59,757 nt of DNA, taken from Octopus bimaculoides (taxonomy: Eukaryota). Each line of letters opens with the position of its first letter. Within the stretch, counting starts at the first letter, position 1. Under the pieces are notes generated by a model that made no database searches, had not been told where the DNA came from, and was given only the letters and a program-made list of their open reading frames with translations. The stretch lies in assembly GCF_001194135.2 (NCBI RefSeq), contig NC_068994.1, forward strand, positions 31,490,347 through 31,550,103, in the 5' to 3' direction. Shown here piece after piece: positions 35,080 to 48,858 of the stretch. The position numbers and the translations under genes are program-made.

Positions 35080-38015
35080 AGAAAATTTTTAATGGTTATT
35101 TGTGACTGAATATTCTTTACTAGTTATTGTGGCACAAAATATTTTCATCAGTTTCTGTGACATAATACAGCTACAAATTATTGTAACAATTGTGACAGGA
35201 TATTTTACTAGTTACTGTGACAAGGCATGGCTGCATGGTAAGAAGTTTGCTTCCTAACTATATGGTTCTGGGTTCAGCCCCGCTGTGTGGAACCTTGGAA
35301 AAGTGTCTTCTATTATAACCCCTGGCCAACCAAAGCCTTGTAAGTGGATTTATTAGGCGGAAACTGAAAGAAGCCCATCGTATGTGTGTGTGTTTATGTC
35401 CCTGTAACTTAGCCCAACGTTCAAAGGTCATGCTTCACCACCTCATCCCATGTCTTCCTGGGTCTCCCTCTTCCACGGGTTCCTTCTACTGTTAGGGAGA
35501 GACACTTCTTCACGCAGCTTTCCTCATCCATACACAGCACATGACCATACCAGGACAGTCGTCTCTCTTGCACACTACATCTGATGCTTCTTATTTCCAA
35601 CATTTCTCTCAGGGTGCTTACACTCTGTCGTGTGTGCACACTGGCATTATACATCCAGTGGATCATACTAGCTTCATTTCTTTCAAGCCTGCACATGTCT
35701 TCAGCAGTCATGGCCCATGTTTCACTGCCGTGTAGCATGGCAGTTTGCACACAGGCATCATACAATCTACCTTTCATTTTAAGCAAGAGGCCCTTTGTCA
35801 CCAGTAGAGGTAGGAGCTTTCTGAACTTTGACCAGGCTATTCTTATTCTAGTGGCAATGCCCGCCGAGCATCCATCCCCACTGCAGACTTGGTCACCTAG
35901 GTAGCGGAAGCTATCAACTACTTCTAGTTTCTTCCCTTGGCATGTGATGGAATCAGTTTTCTGAACATATTTGGTGTTTATTGCTCCTGTGCATCTGCCG
36001 CACACAAAAGCTATCTTCCCAGTTAACCTTCCTTTGATGTTGCTGTACCTCTTATGCATCCATAGCTTACGCTGGGTACATCTTATGGAGTTTCTACCTA
36101 CACCTTTTCTTCAGATCGAGCAGGGCCATATATCTGAAGGGGTTTGTGATGTGTTCGCCTTCCTACTTACTAGGACTTTGGTTTTTGCAACATTGACTCT
36201 AAGGCCCTTCGATTCTAAACCTTGCTTCCACACCTGAAATTTCTTCTCTAATTCTGGTAGTGATTCCGCTTTGAGAGCAAGGTCATCAGCATAGAGGAGC
36301 TCCCAGGAGCAACCTGTCGTGAATTCCTGTTATTGCCTGGAGGACTATGATGAATAAGAGGAAGCTGAGGGTTGATCCTTGGTGAACCCCTACTTCTACT
36401 CAGAAATCTTCACTATACTCATTGCCGACCCTTACCTTACTAATGGCATTCGTGTACAGCTCGTATTAACCACTTGTCAATCCCAATTTCTGCATCGCCC
36501 ACCAGATAAGGGATCTGGGGACTTTATCAAAGGTTTTCTCCTAGTCAAAAAAAGTCAAGTATAGGGGTTTATCTATGGCTAGGTATTTCTCCTGCAGTGT
36601 CCGTACTAGGAATATAGCATCAGTGGTGCTTCTACCTGGCACAAAACCGAACTGCATCTCATCTAAGCAGACTCTCTTCCTAATGAGATGGGCTATGACC
36701 CTCTCCGTGATCATCACCTGATCCAGCAGTTTGATACCCCTGCAGTTATTTCTATCTAAAGCATCACCTTTACCTTTGTAGCAGTTGTCTATGGTGCTAC
36801 TACATCAGTCATTGAATATGACTCCTTCATGAACTATCTGGTTTACAATACGGGTGACTAGGCCATAACACCCACCACCAGATATTTTAAGCATCTCAGC
36901 AGTGATTCCTGATGGGCCAGGGGCTTTTCCTGACTTCATATTGCTTTATCTTCCAGGGTGCTTTAATTGCTTTATCTACCAGGGTGCTATCTATTCAGGT
37001 AGCTGGACCCTTTACTGAGTCAACATTTGGCAGGCTCTCCTCCTCCCATTCATTCTCCACATTCAGCAGCCTTTCCTAATGGCTTCTCCAAGCCCCTTTC
37101 TTTGCAGAGTCATTAAAAGCAAGTGCACCATCATCCATGCGGACACATTTCCCTCCTGTGACATCACAATTTTCTCTCACACACTGTCTTGCAATCCGAA
37201 ATACTTCAGTTCTTTGGTCCTTATGTTGCTGAACATTGGCAAACTTCTTTTTGGCTTCTCCCTTGGTTATGTATACCTGTTTCCTGGCCTCCCTTCTGGC
37301 TATCTGGTACAGTTCCCTGCTAACCCCACTCTTCCAGGTTTTCCAGGCCTGTTTCTTTGCTCTAATGGCCTTGTCTACTGTATTATTCCACCACCATGTT
37401 ACTCTAGGTCTGAAAGGGACTTTGCACCAGCTTTTTGGTTTGTGGTACTCAGTAACCTGTCCCGTAGGAATTTCCAGTTACCTTCTATGTCCAATTTACT
37501 TGTTAATTACGACAGAATATTTTTTCCTAGTTATTGTGACAAAACATTTTTACTAATTATTTGTGATAGAATATTTGTACTAGTTATTGTGACATAATAT
37601 TTTTACTAGTTAAGGTAGTGAGCTAGCAGAATTATTAGAATGCTGGGAAAAATGCTTAGCAGTGTGTTACCTGTCTTTATGCTCAAATTCCACTGAGGTT
37701 GACTTTGCCTTTCATCCTTTCAGGGTCAATAAACTTAATACCAGTTGAGCACCGGAGTTGATGTAATCAATTTAACCCCTTCCCCAAAATTGCTGGCTTT
37801 GTGCCAAAATTTGAAACCAATATTTTTCCTAGCTTTCATAAAATCATTATTTTTACTAGTTATTGTGAAAAAAATTTTTTATTAGTTATTGTGATAATTT
37901 TTTTACTAGATATTATGAGAATATTTTTAATAATTATTATGGTTCTTTTAATTGTGACAAAGGATATTTTTACTAGTTATTGTGAATATAGTTTTTCTAT
38001 TTGTTGTGACAAAAA
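35080..38015. repeat. ~26-bp minisatellite (AATATTTTTTACTAGTTATTGTGACA) split by insertions
   Basis: Units at 35080-35222, 37495-37612 and 37820-38015. Confidence 0.8.
35415..37480 (-). mobile_element. RTE-clade LINE ORF2 remnant (linker + reverse transcriptase + C-terminus)
   Basis: KAPGPSGITAEMLK, HQGSTLS, ELLYADDLAL (YADD at 36282-36293) and ORF 35421..36059 (RRLSWYGHVL...GRGRPRKTW); stops and frameshifts. Confidence 0.95.
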
Positions 38016-38804
38016 ATATAGACAACTTTTAGAGAAAAGGTTATGGGGCAGCAGAAGTGGCATTAATTCTACAAACATTTTTGTATAAAAAACATTTAAG
38101 ACAGTAACTAAAATAGGGCAAAATAAAACAATTGATAAAATATAAATTATAATGATATGGTATTAAAAGAACTCTGATCTCAGATTTTACAACATGACTT
38201 CTTTTTCTGTCTGTCACTCTACCAATTCTGCCAGCCAATCTATTGCTCTAATAGGGCTAATCACATATTGATGAATATTGTTATAGGCAAATAACATTTG
38301 ATTATGTAGGAGGTGCAGAATGAATAGTTTATGGATTCATTGTATTTAAACAAAAACAACAACAACAACTGCAACTATTGAAATACAAATGTCTAATATT
38401 GACATATTGATCTGGCATATCTGCATGCATTCATTTATCTCTTCTTATTCAGTCAACTGATAGACTGAGCGTACAAGGGTTGGTGGTTTGGTTACAATGG
38501 CGGGTATATTTGAAACAAGGTAGGAGAGGGAGTATGAACAAGAATTATTGATTTAAACCTGGTTTAAGCAAGCTCTTTTGCTTTAAATTTTGTGTTACCA
38601 ACATCAGAGAGATGTACACTGCTGGAGAGTTGATTGTCAAGGAAGAGCTTGTGTTAGCTTTCCAAGTAATAAATGACAGCTTAATAGAATTGTTAGAGTG
38701 CTGGACAAAATGCCTTTTAAGTTCTGTGTTCAAGTCCCGCCGAGGTTAACTTTACCTTTCATTTTCTTTCAGTAGGTGAGAAAATAAAGTACTAATCAAG
38801 TACT

Positions 38805-39193
38805 GTTGTTGTTGTTGGCACTCCATCACTTATGACATCGAAGGTTCCAGTTGAACCGATCAACGGAACAGCCTGTTCGTGAAATTAACGTGCAAGTGGC
38901 TGAGCACTCCATAGACACGTGTACCCTTAATGTAGTTCTCGGGGATATTCAGCATGATACAGTGTGACAAGGCTGACCCTTTGAATTACAGGCACAACAG
39001 AAACAGGAAGTAAGAGTGAGAGAAAGTTGTGATGAAAGAGTACAGCAGGGTTCACCACCATCCCCTGCCGGAGCCTCGTGGAGCTTTAGGTGTTTTCGCT
39101 CAATAAACACTCACAACGCCCGGTCTGGGAATTGAAACTGCGATCCTATGACTGCGAGTCCGCTGCCTTAACCACTGGGCCATTGCGCCTCCA
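38805..39193 (-). mobile_element. SINE family A, full length, 11-bp TSD AATCAAGTACT, nested in a family C SINE
   Basis: TSD at 38794-38804 and 39194-39204. Confidence 0.92.
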
Positions 39194-39842
39194 AATCAAG
39201 TACTAGGTTTGATTTATAATGCTATAATGCAGAGGTAGAGGTCATTTTTAGTATAAGGAGTGAATGGCAAGTGTATAAGAACCTATGGAGTTACATCAAT
39301 GATGAAAAAAATATTTTTAATCATCATTCATGTAAACCCATAATTCAACATGTTTGAGTGTATTTGAACATGATAAGGCCTTTCACTGTAGAGGTGGAGA
39401 AAATTCTCCATCACAACTTGTGTGAAAATACATTTTTGCTGGGCTATAAATGATGTCATGAGATTGAAGGATGCATGCATTTCTGTGTTGTTCTAATTCA
39501 TCAATTACATAAGTCAAAATCTTTTATTCACAGCCCAAATAAGAACTAAATTATTCTCATTAAAACAGCATACAAATGCTTGCTGATGTGCTTGGATGAG
39601 CTAGAATTAAATAATGTTGCATGAATGTGTTAAATATGATTATACATGAATATTTTTTATTCAAAATTGTTTCATGTGACATTATTTAAAATATCTTAAA
39701 TTTAAAAAAAATCATAGGTGCTCTTTTATTCTTTTACTTGTTTCAGTCAATGGACGGCAGTGATGCTGGGGCACCACCTTGATGAGTATTAGTTAATTAA
39801 ATTGACTCCAGTACTTATTTTAAGTCTGCTACTTATTTATTT

Positions 39843-40142
39843 GGAGGCGCAATGGCCCAGTGGTTAGGGCGGTGACCTCGCGGTCAGAGGATCGCGGTTT
39901 CGATTCCCAGACTGGGTGTTGTAAGTGTTTATTGAGCGAAAACACCTGAGCTACACAAGGCTCTGGCAGGGGGTGGTGGCGACCCCTTTTGTACTCTTTT
40001 GCCCCAACTTTCTCTCACTCTGTCTTCCTGTTTCTTGAGTAACGCTGCAATGGACTGGCGTCCCATCCAGCTGGGGAGAACACATACGCCATACAAACTG
40101 GGAAACAGGCCCATGAGCCTGGCTAGGCTTTGAAAGGGCGAG
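39843..40142 (+). mobile_element. SINE with family-A head but a different 3' half
   Basis: Matches family A to ...ttcctgtttct, then taacgctgcaatggactggcgtcccatccagctgggg...gaaagggcga + A-rich tail. Confidence 0.8.
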
Positions 40143-40187
40143 AAAAAAAAGAAGAAAAAAAACTTATTTATCTCTTGCCAAAATGTG

Positions 40188-41071
40188 NNNNNNNNNNNNN
40201 NNNNNNNNNNNNNNNNNNNNNNNNNNNNNNNNNNNNNNNNNNNNNNNNNNNNNNNNNNNNNNNNNNNNNNNNNNNNNNNNNNNNNNNNNNNNNNNNNNNN
40301 NNNNNNNNNNNNNNNNNNNNNNNNNNNNNNNNNNNNNNNNNNNNNNNNNNNNNNNNNNNNNNNNNNNNNNNNNNNNNNNNNNNNNNNNNNNNNNNNNNNN
40401 NNNNNNNNNNNNNNNNNNNNNNNNNNNNNNNNNNNNNNNNNNNNNNNNNNNNNNNNNNNNNNNNNNNNNNNNNNNNNNNNNNNNNNNNNNNNNNNNNNNN
40501 NNNNNNNNNNNNNNNNNNNNNNNNNNNNNNNNNNNNNNNNNNNNNNNNNNNNNNNNNNNNNNNNNNNNNNNNNNNNNNNNNNNNNNNNNNNNNNNNNNNN
40601 NNNNNNNNNNNNNNNNNNNNNNNNNNNNNNNNNNNNNNNNNNNNNNNNNNNNNNNNNNNNNNNNNNNNNNNNNNNNNNNNNNNNNNNNNNNNNNNNNNNN
40701 NNNNNNNNNNNNNNNNNNNNNNNNNNNNNNNNNNNNNNNNNNNNNNNNNNNNNNNNNNNNNNNNNNNNNNNNNNNNNNNNNNNNNNNNNNNNNNNNNNNN
40801 NNNNNNNNNNNNNNNNNNNNNNNNNNNNNNNNNNNNNNNNNNNNNNNNNNNNNNNNNNNNNNNNNNNNNNNNNNNNNNNNNNNNNNNNNNNNNNNNNNNN
40901 NNNNNNNNNNNNNNNNNNNNNNNNNNNNNNNNNNNNNNNNNNNNNNNNNNNNNNNNNNNNNNNNNNNNNNNNNNNNNNNNNNNNNNNNNNNNNNNNNNNN
41001 NNNNNNNNNNNNNNNNNNNNNNNNNNNNNNNNNNNNNNNNNNNNNNNNNNNNNNNNNNNNNNNNNNNNNNN
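40188..41071. other. Assembly gap (others at 1790-1907, 20261-20393, 24280-24297, 57323-57332)
   Basis: Runs of N. Confidence 0.99.
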
Positions 41072-42144
41072 TTTAATGCCACTTTTTCATGCTTGCATGG
41101 GTTGAAAGAAATTTAGTGAGGCAGATTTTGTATGGCTGGATGACCTTCCTGTTGTCAACTCTAACCTGTTCCCAAGCAAGGTAATATTTCTCTATGGGCG
41201 GTGAGGTGGCAGAATCATTAGCATGCCGAGCGAAATGCCTGGCGGTATTTCTTCTGCCATTACGGCCTGAGTTCAGATTCTACTAAGGTCAACTTTGCCT
41301 TTCATCCTTTTGGGGTTGATTAAATAAGTACCAGTTGTGCACTGGGGTTGAAGCAATCAGCTTAATCCCTTTGTCTGTCCTTGTTTGTCCCCTCTATGTT
41401 TAGCCTCCTGTAGGCAATAAAGAAATAAATATTTTCCTATGGCCAGATATTCTTATGCAGAATTTTAGCAATGAACAACACTGCATTCATTACAGTGACA
41501 CATATAACTATCATACAATGAAGACAGAGATACAAGAACACAACCATTAACACACACACACAGCCACTAACACATACATACATGCACACACGCACGCACT
41601 CACACATACACACTTTACCACCCAGCCAGACCTAGCCTCTTTGAGTTTTGAACTTCAAATACAAAAAGATGTTGGGCAAAGCAGAGATTTACAGTTAGAG
41701 GGCAGAGAGCTGGACCAAATATTGCGAGGATTTCTATTTGATTCACTTACAACCTTACCCGTTTACCATCCTTGAAAAGTGACCTGTGCCTCTCCTTGAA
41801 AGTTAATTGTTAAGTTGAACTATGTAAGCTGTTCACTGCTAAATGTCTTTAAGAGGGTTGTATGCTTTGTTGGTAACAGTCTACTGTTTGTCTGGCAGGT
41901 CAATGTCACACTATGATTCAGCTAGACAGGACATTTGTGTCTCTATTAATAATTATCAAATATACAATTTATTGAGAAGAGTCATTGCTGCGTAACAATA
42001 CTATACATACATATACACAGCCACAGTATGTGGTCATTCTACCTGCTAAGAACAGCAACCAATTCTTCCACAAATAACAAACTACACTCTACTGACAAAC
42101 AGAAATGGACATATTGGATAGTATAATCCTAGATGTGTTATAGT

Positions 42145-42470
42145 GAAGGTACATGGCTTAGTGGTAAGGGCATTTGGCTCATGATTGCAAGGTCGTGAGT
42201 TCAATTCCTGGCAACACATTGTGTTTCTTTAAGTAAGACACTTTATTTCATGTTGCTCCAGTCCACTCAGCTGGCAAAAATGATTAGTACCTGTATTTGA
42301 AAGGGCTAACCTCATCATACTCTGTGTGATGCTGAATCTCCCTGAGAACTACATTAAGGGTACATGTGTCTGTGGAGTGCTCAGCCACATGCATGTTAAT
42401 TTCATGAGCAGGCAGTTCTATTGATCAGATCAACTGGAACCCTTGCCATTGTAACTGATAGAGTGCCACC
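42145..42470 (+). mobile_element. SINE with a different tRNA/CORE-like head and the family-A tail
   Basis: Head atggcttagtggtaagg...gagttcaattcctgg...aagtaagacacttta; tail gagaactacattaagggtac...gatcaactggaaccc. Head also at about 56230-56345 (-). Confidence 0.72.
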
Positions 42471-42499
42471 AGATGTATTATGACTTTCACAAGGTCCAG

Positions 42500-42870
42500 G
42501 CCCTGTTAAGATGTTATGGCTTGTGAAAGCTATGTCAGCAAGACACAAGCTTCTGGTAGAGCCTGCAATGCTAGAAAGGTCAAAGGATAAAGACAATACT
42601 AATATGGATAACCTACTCCTAGAGGTAAAAATGGGTTTGTGTAAGGCCAATACCCCTACCTAGAAAGCAGCAAAGTTGCAGAAGTATCAGTGACAATTCA
42701 AAACTGAGACCTGGGAGAAGAAGGCCATATGATGTGGTGCAGCAAAATCTGAAAGGAAACTGCAAGGAAGAACAAGGGTTCAATTGGAGAGAAGCAGAAA
42801 AGACAGCCTAGTGTCAAAAACAGTGGAAAAAAGTCATTGATGCCTTATGCTCCATAGGGCTTAAGTAAGA
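42500..42870 (+). mobile_element. Deleted RTE-derived element (C-terminus WREAEKTA*CQKQWKKVIDALCS)
   Basis: Manual translation resembles the RTE ORF2 end. Confidence 0.55.
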
Positions 42871-43057
42871 CACATCATGTCAGGAAAACAAGATGATCAT
42901 AACTGAAAAAAGGTTAAATAGCTTTGATCATAAGTCTATTCAGTCAAGGTTGGCTTACACTAAACAACACACACACACTGGTTGTGATGGAATTATTGTT
43001 TAGCAGAGCTGTTGTTTAATCCAACACAACCCTACTCTGATTGATCTTTCATCAAAG

Positions 43058-43225
43058 ACAGGAGTGGCTGTGTGGTAAGTAGCTTGCTTACCAACCACAT
43101 GGTTCCGGGTTCAGTCCCACTGCATGGCACCTTGGGCAAGTGTCTTCTACTATAGCCTTGGGCCGACCAAAGCCTTGTGAGTGGATTTGGTAGACGGAAA
43201 CTGAAAGAAGCCCGTCGTATATATG

Positions 43226-43256
<31 letters not shown>

Positions 43257-43462
43257 TTGTATGTCTGTGTTTGTCCCTCCACCATTGCTTGACAACCGGT
43301 GCTGGTGTATTTACGTCCCCGTAACTTAGCGGTTCGGCAAAAGAGACCGATAGAATAAGTACTAGGCTTACAAAGAATAAGTTCTGGGGTCGATTTTCTC
43401 AACTAAAGGCGGTGCTCCAGCATAGCTGCAGTCAAAATGACTGAAACAAGTAAAAGAGTAAA
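43058..43462 (+). mobile_element. SINE family B, full length, well preserved
   Basis: Consensus-like, CpGs intact. Confidence 0.92.
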
Positions 43463-45059
43463 GACATCTTAAACATGGCCATCCTGCCTTTCATTTTTTT
43501 AAATTATCATTTTAGAATCTATATCTGTCTAGGACTATGTCATCAAACTTGCATTTTAGAAGATTATGAGGCTGATCTGAAGGATCGAGTGACTGCATTG
43601 ATACTCCTTCATTGGTTTGTAGAGGAATGTTGGTGTTGTTTAGCTCTAGGTTGGTCCTGATTGAACTGGAGCATTCCACCATGACTATACCTTTTTTTTT
43701 CTTCTTATATATGCACGACTAGATTATACATTGTGTACTTTCTTTTTCAATCCAGTTGATTATGATTCAAGGGAATTTGGCTGCTATTTCTAGTCAGCCA
43801 AGTGACCATACAGGTCTTTGATTCAATGAAGAACAACCTTTTACAGCAAGGTGGTCTGGGGGAAATGCTTACAAACCAGCTAGTTAAAAGACTGTTTTAC
43901 TGAGGAGGTGTAATAAAACCGAGACATGTCCGGAACAGTCACTGTCTTTTATAAAAGTGATATTCCCCTTCCACCATATGCACAATTTCAATTAATTTAA
44001 ACTTCAGAATTGTCTTCCTTGCCTTTTTTGGTCAGGATTAAGCTAAAAGTTGTTTCCCCCCCACCACCACCATCTTCCTCACGATTACAAATGTCATTTT
44101 AATTAATTAAAAATATTTGGTCAACTACATTTAGTGAACCAACGTCAGTATTTGTTTTTCGTGTAATTCCCACCTCGCTCAGCCATTTTTTAATACTTTG
44201 AGTCTTTCTTCTTTTTTTTAACCGGTTTATTTTATTCAGTTTAATTTCTTTCTTTTGTATCCTTGGTTGATAATGTCTAGCCGACAAATACTCTATCGGA
44301 CAATGTTCTTCCTACACATTTTACGCAGCATATTTCTAAAACAGAAATAAATATTAAGAAAAAATAGAGAAAGAAAAAAAAAACCCTGCTCCGATACTGT
44401 TTGAATGTTTACGACGATGATCAGTAGTCTGGGTTCTCGTGCACTAAATGTAATATTTCCAACAAACTGTGACGAGCCATGCAATAACACACAACATGGA
44501 AAAGAAATCGTAAATAAACTTTATAAGCACCAGTATTTTTATTATTAATATTCTTTGTAGTGTGTAAATGAGACTGTATGCCTGTCTGACTCAGTGTTAT
44601 TGTTAATTGACTTTTGTTAATTGCATTTTGTATGAAACTATTATTGTACTTGAAATAAATTATTAGGTTTTCTAGTTCGCTTTCCGGTTTCTAAATTGAA
44701 AGTCATTCGAACGCAATGCTTGTTTCATAGGGGGAGCTATGAAGATAGATATTGAAAACAAACACCGTAGCGAAGAAATAAAAATTGTATGGGTGTACAC
44801 TATTTTGTCTTCTTTTTAATAAAGGTGTAGGAAGAGTGGGGTATTTCTCTAACATTTTTTGTAGGGTCAGGGCTGGTTTATCAATTTGAAAGTCGTTGTT
44901 TAAGCTTCCAGTTTGAAGAATCTCCTTGACTAGTAAGATTGATTCAGCTGATGTTGAGTCTGGACTTATGGAGGTTGGTGAACGGTAATAATGGCATAGA
45001 TAAAAATGGTACAAGTGAAAAAATAGGTTGAAATGGAATAGAATAAGTCGTTAAAAAAG

Positions 45060-45975
45060 GGGGAGGGGCATCAGGTGAAATTCAGGAAGCATGGAAGTTT
45101 TGAAGGATGCAGCATCTCGACAACCAAACCACTGATGCGAGTAGTTTATTCCATGTTTTAGCAATTCTGAGCGGGGAAAAAATGTTTCCGAAAGTCATGA
45201 GAGCTGTGTATTTAAATTTCTTTTTTATTTTGTAAGCATGTCCAGGAGTGTTAGACATACGGAATTCAAAAAGGTGCTCAAGGTTGTTGTTAGTGTATGG
45301 TAGATGTCTGACAGCAGGTATTCGTCTGGTTGTATGTTTCTGAACAGTATTCAGGAGATTGATATACTGAGCAAGATAGTGAGTGGTTCCATGCTGGGTA
45401 TGAAAACTCTAAGTGTGTCCGTATCATAGCCATATACAGCTTTAAATAGCTAGAGAGCGGCTGATGAAGGTCTTACTGAGAGATATTAAGACATCCTCAA
45501 CCTTCTTGACAATTTTAGAGATGTAGGAACGGGCTGGTTAGAATTTTCCGAATGAAATTGGATGGTAAAATAGATGGCATCCATAGATGGCCTAAATAAG
45601 TCCTCTCATAAGTGTGCTCGTGTCAGACATTGTTGAAGTCCAGGACAACGTTACTTTTGCTTAAGTTCTCAAGAGAGATGTAGTGTGATTTAATGGAGAA
45701 AGTTTCAAGCAGAAATGACTCTGCAGAAACTAATGGTGGTTACTGTAAGAGACTGAAGATGATTAATGGGGGATGATGTTGATGATTTCTCCATCACTTT
45801 TGAGTTGCAGTAAGGGAGGATAGTACGACAGTTTATGATTAGTTGTCACCATATAATGTTGCTCTTGTTGGGATTGAAAATCACTTTACAATGTTTGCTT
45901 AAACTGTAATAATGTCTATGTAAAAAGGAAGACTGAAGATTTTCGTGAGGATATGAGCTAGTTCTGGTTCTTAGC
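45060..45975 (-). mobile_element. CR1-type LINE remnant, heavily deleted
   Basis: YMAMIRTHLEFSYPAWNH, NLLNTVQKHTTRRIPAVRHLPY, PGHAYKIKK, DFRKHFF..RIAKTWNKL: CR1 ORF2 C-terminal motifs across frameshifts. Confidence 0.78.
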
Positions 45976-46694
45976 ATTCACGATAGGATCGGTCGTACTG
46001 TTGGGTTGGAACGATTAGAGAAATTTATGCTCTTTACGACTGCGTGTGTACGATATGATGTGACAGATAGGAAGGAAAAGAGCTTCGTTTCGTTCAGCGT
46101 GTACGGAGAGAGAAAGGGAGAGATATGATATGGTGACATTCGATATGATATGGTGACATTCAACAGGCATTCGAGCTACAACCACTCCTGCAGGACCTCA
46201 TTATCCTTAATGTCCTCCCTCTTCAACGTTTTATAAGCTGATATGATTTGATTTGAGTGAAATTTGGCTGCTATTGCTACCATGTTGGGTAACGTCTTAG
46301 AAGCTCCTTTGTTGGTGATGTAGTGGTATTCTTTTTATCTTCACTTTCTGGCTTAGGCGGAATGGCCAGTACTCATGAGATTTGCAGGCCCTCCTAGAAT
46401 AATGAAATTCATACCGTTGATGTTAGTCAACAGATGGAAAGATATGAGCAGAGAGGGAATTCCAAAGGGTCGATGTTATGTGTGTGTGTGTAGTAATGGT
46501 AGGCTTTGATCGAGCAGACCTGTGACCAGTGGTATTCCAACTGTGACCATACCGGATTTTGGTTAATGTTGACATTATTATTCAGAAACGAAATCGTAAA
46601 GAGAAAAAAATAGTGCAACAGGTGTAAAAAAAAAGGTGTAGGAAACGAATATGAAAACAAAAATGCGCGGAAAGCAACGGGGTGAGGGTATAGA

Positions 46695-47425
46695 GGACTT
46701 CAGACAATTCACAAGATCCGATTTTTTCCCTCGTAACTTTAAGGAAAATGGAATTGTGTATAAATACCTTTCAAACGACATGCATTACGGATGCCTAATG
46801 TGCTGTAAACCCCTTATTTTTGTTCGAAAAAAAAAAAAAGGAGGGGGACCCCAATAAACGCGTTTTTGAAGGTGAGATGCGAAACTGCATTAGTCACTTT
46901 TCTTTACTCATATTTTAAGACAACATTTTGTAGAAATACGTTTTCTAGAGTGTGGATTACATTAGATTGAAAATTCAAACACGTTTGAAAAGAATAAGTG
47001 AAAATGCTGAAGTTATAAAAATTAGTGGTAACGAAGTCTGGACAGGAGAGAGAAAGAATGATACAAAATCCTTACAAAAACCACGTTAGTGTTTGTGTTT
47101 GTGTGAAACAAGTAAAATCATAATATTAAAACAAAATATCTTTTACATACTTCTTAAAAATCACTTGATATATCAATCCCAGATTGCAGATTGTTGGCAT
47201 ATTAGGTCACCGTAATTCATTCATCGAAAAAAAGAAAAACATTTTTCAATAGTTCCGGTTTTTCCCCAGCCTTTTTCCCGAACAAAAATAAGGGGTTTGC
47301 GGCACATTAGGCATCCGTAATGCATGCCTTTTGAAAGTTATATATTTACAATTTCATTAAAAGATATCCATTTTCCTTAAAGTTACGAGGGAAAAAAATC
47401 GGGTCTCGTGAATTTTCCGAAGTCC
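46695..47425. mobile_element. Foldback/MITE-like element with ~135-bp TIRs
   Basis: 46695-46826 is the reverse complement of 47279-47425 apart from one indel; no TSD seen. Confidence 0.8.
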
Positions 47426-47904
47426 AAACACTAGCTATCAAGCAGCGGTGGGGGACAAATAGACGCATATACATACATGCATATATATACGGTTTTATTC
47501 TTATTAATTTTAATTTTTATCTTATCCACATGTATTTTATTTTAATGCATTTATTTTAGAATTTTCATTTTTATCTTTGTCAGTATATCTTTATTTTTGC
47601 TTGAAAATTATTTTTTTAATACTTTATTTTTGTGTTTTTATATTTTATACCTTATATGTTATATATCTTATATTTAAATAAAATTATTAACACACACACA
47701 CGCACACACACACAAAATTAAACATATTTTCATCTACTTATTTTACTCTAAATATTCAAAATGCAAACTTATTTTATTCTATGTTTGTAATTTGTATTGA
47801 GTGTGAACTGAAACAATTGTAAGCCTTATTAAAAATGTTAATAAATTAATTTATATCCATTGAATCTCTCCGTTTTCTTACAGACACACACACACACATA
47901 TATA

Positions 47905-48118
47905 CGAGGTGGGTGCTGAAAAGTTGCTGGTTTTAAGGGTGTCCCAAAAAGCCTGGTTGGGGGCCCAACCTTCTGGGTTCTTTCACAGGGCTTAGAAAAA
48001 CTGAAGGATCGCTGCAATAAGTGTGTGAATCTGAGAGAGGAATATGTTGAATAAAATCATAACTGATCCTCCAATATTTTTATTTGCTCAAAGCCAGGAA
48101 CTTTTCTGCACCCCATCG
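47905..48118 (+). mobile_element. Mariner-derived MITE, complete, TA TSD
   Basis: TA|CGAGGTGGGTGCTGAAAAGTT...AACTTTTCTGCACCCCATCG|TA; body retains the transposase end QGLEKLKDRCNKCVNLREEYVE*. Confidence 0.9.
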
Positions 48119-48825
48119 TATATATATATATTACGGGTTTCTTTCAGTTTCCGCCTATCAAATCATCAGGCTTTGGTCGGTAGAAGACACTTGCCCAAGG
48201 AGCCATGTAGGGGAACTCAACCCGAAACTATGTTAGGAATCATACTTAACACACAGCACAGCTCGGCAATCGAAAGTATATGCACTCATCGGTTGTTTAT
48301 TTAATTCTAATGTATTTTTTTATCTCCTCTATAATGATAATTTTTTTATCGTAATTATTAAACTGAATGTTTTCGCAGAAGATAGGAGGGGGAAAAAAAA
48401 CTAACGAGTCAACCCCTACCCCACCATATACACACAAAACTAAACATACCGCACAGTTACACGTACACACACAATGAAATTAGCGCTTTCCTTTCACTTT
48501 CAATTAAAGCAGCTTATATCTCTTTCACCAACATATACGTACAAAGTTCGAAAGATCACCCCTTTTTTTAAAACTATAGGGTGCTATTTCTAGGGTGTCG
48601 AACGACCCTGTTAGGCGCCTGCGTTATCTCTCAGACGTTATGATGATGGCAACTGTGATAATGTTATTTCGTGATTTCGTGGCGGTAGTGCATGGAAGGA
48701 AAAACATGAGATATGCAATGATTGTACTGATAGTTGCTGGTGTTTAGTATCAGGTCACCTCTGAACTAGGAAACGTATGATCAATGGCAATCTAGCTGTG
48801 ACCATCTTGTCTTTTATCCAGGCAC

Positions 48826-48858
<33 letters not shown>

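Noticed and set aside
37079-37597. 172-aa plus-strand ORF
   Set aside because: Antisense of the RTE ORF2 plus minisatellite.
40130-41116. ORFs of about 300 aa
   Set aside because: Almost entirely N.
44285-44500. Cys-rich snippets resembling a piggyBac C-terminal domain
   Set aside because: Needs frameshifts and is too short; no TIR or catalytic region.
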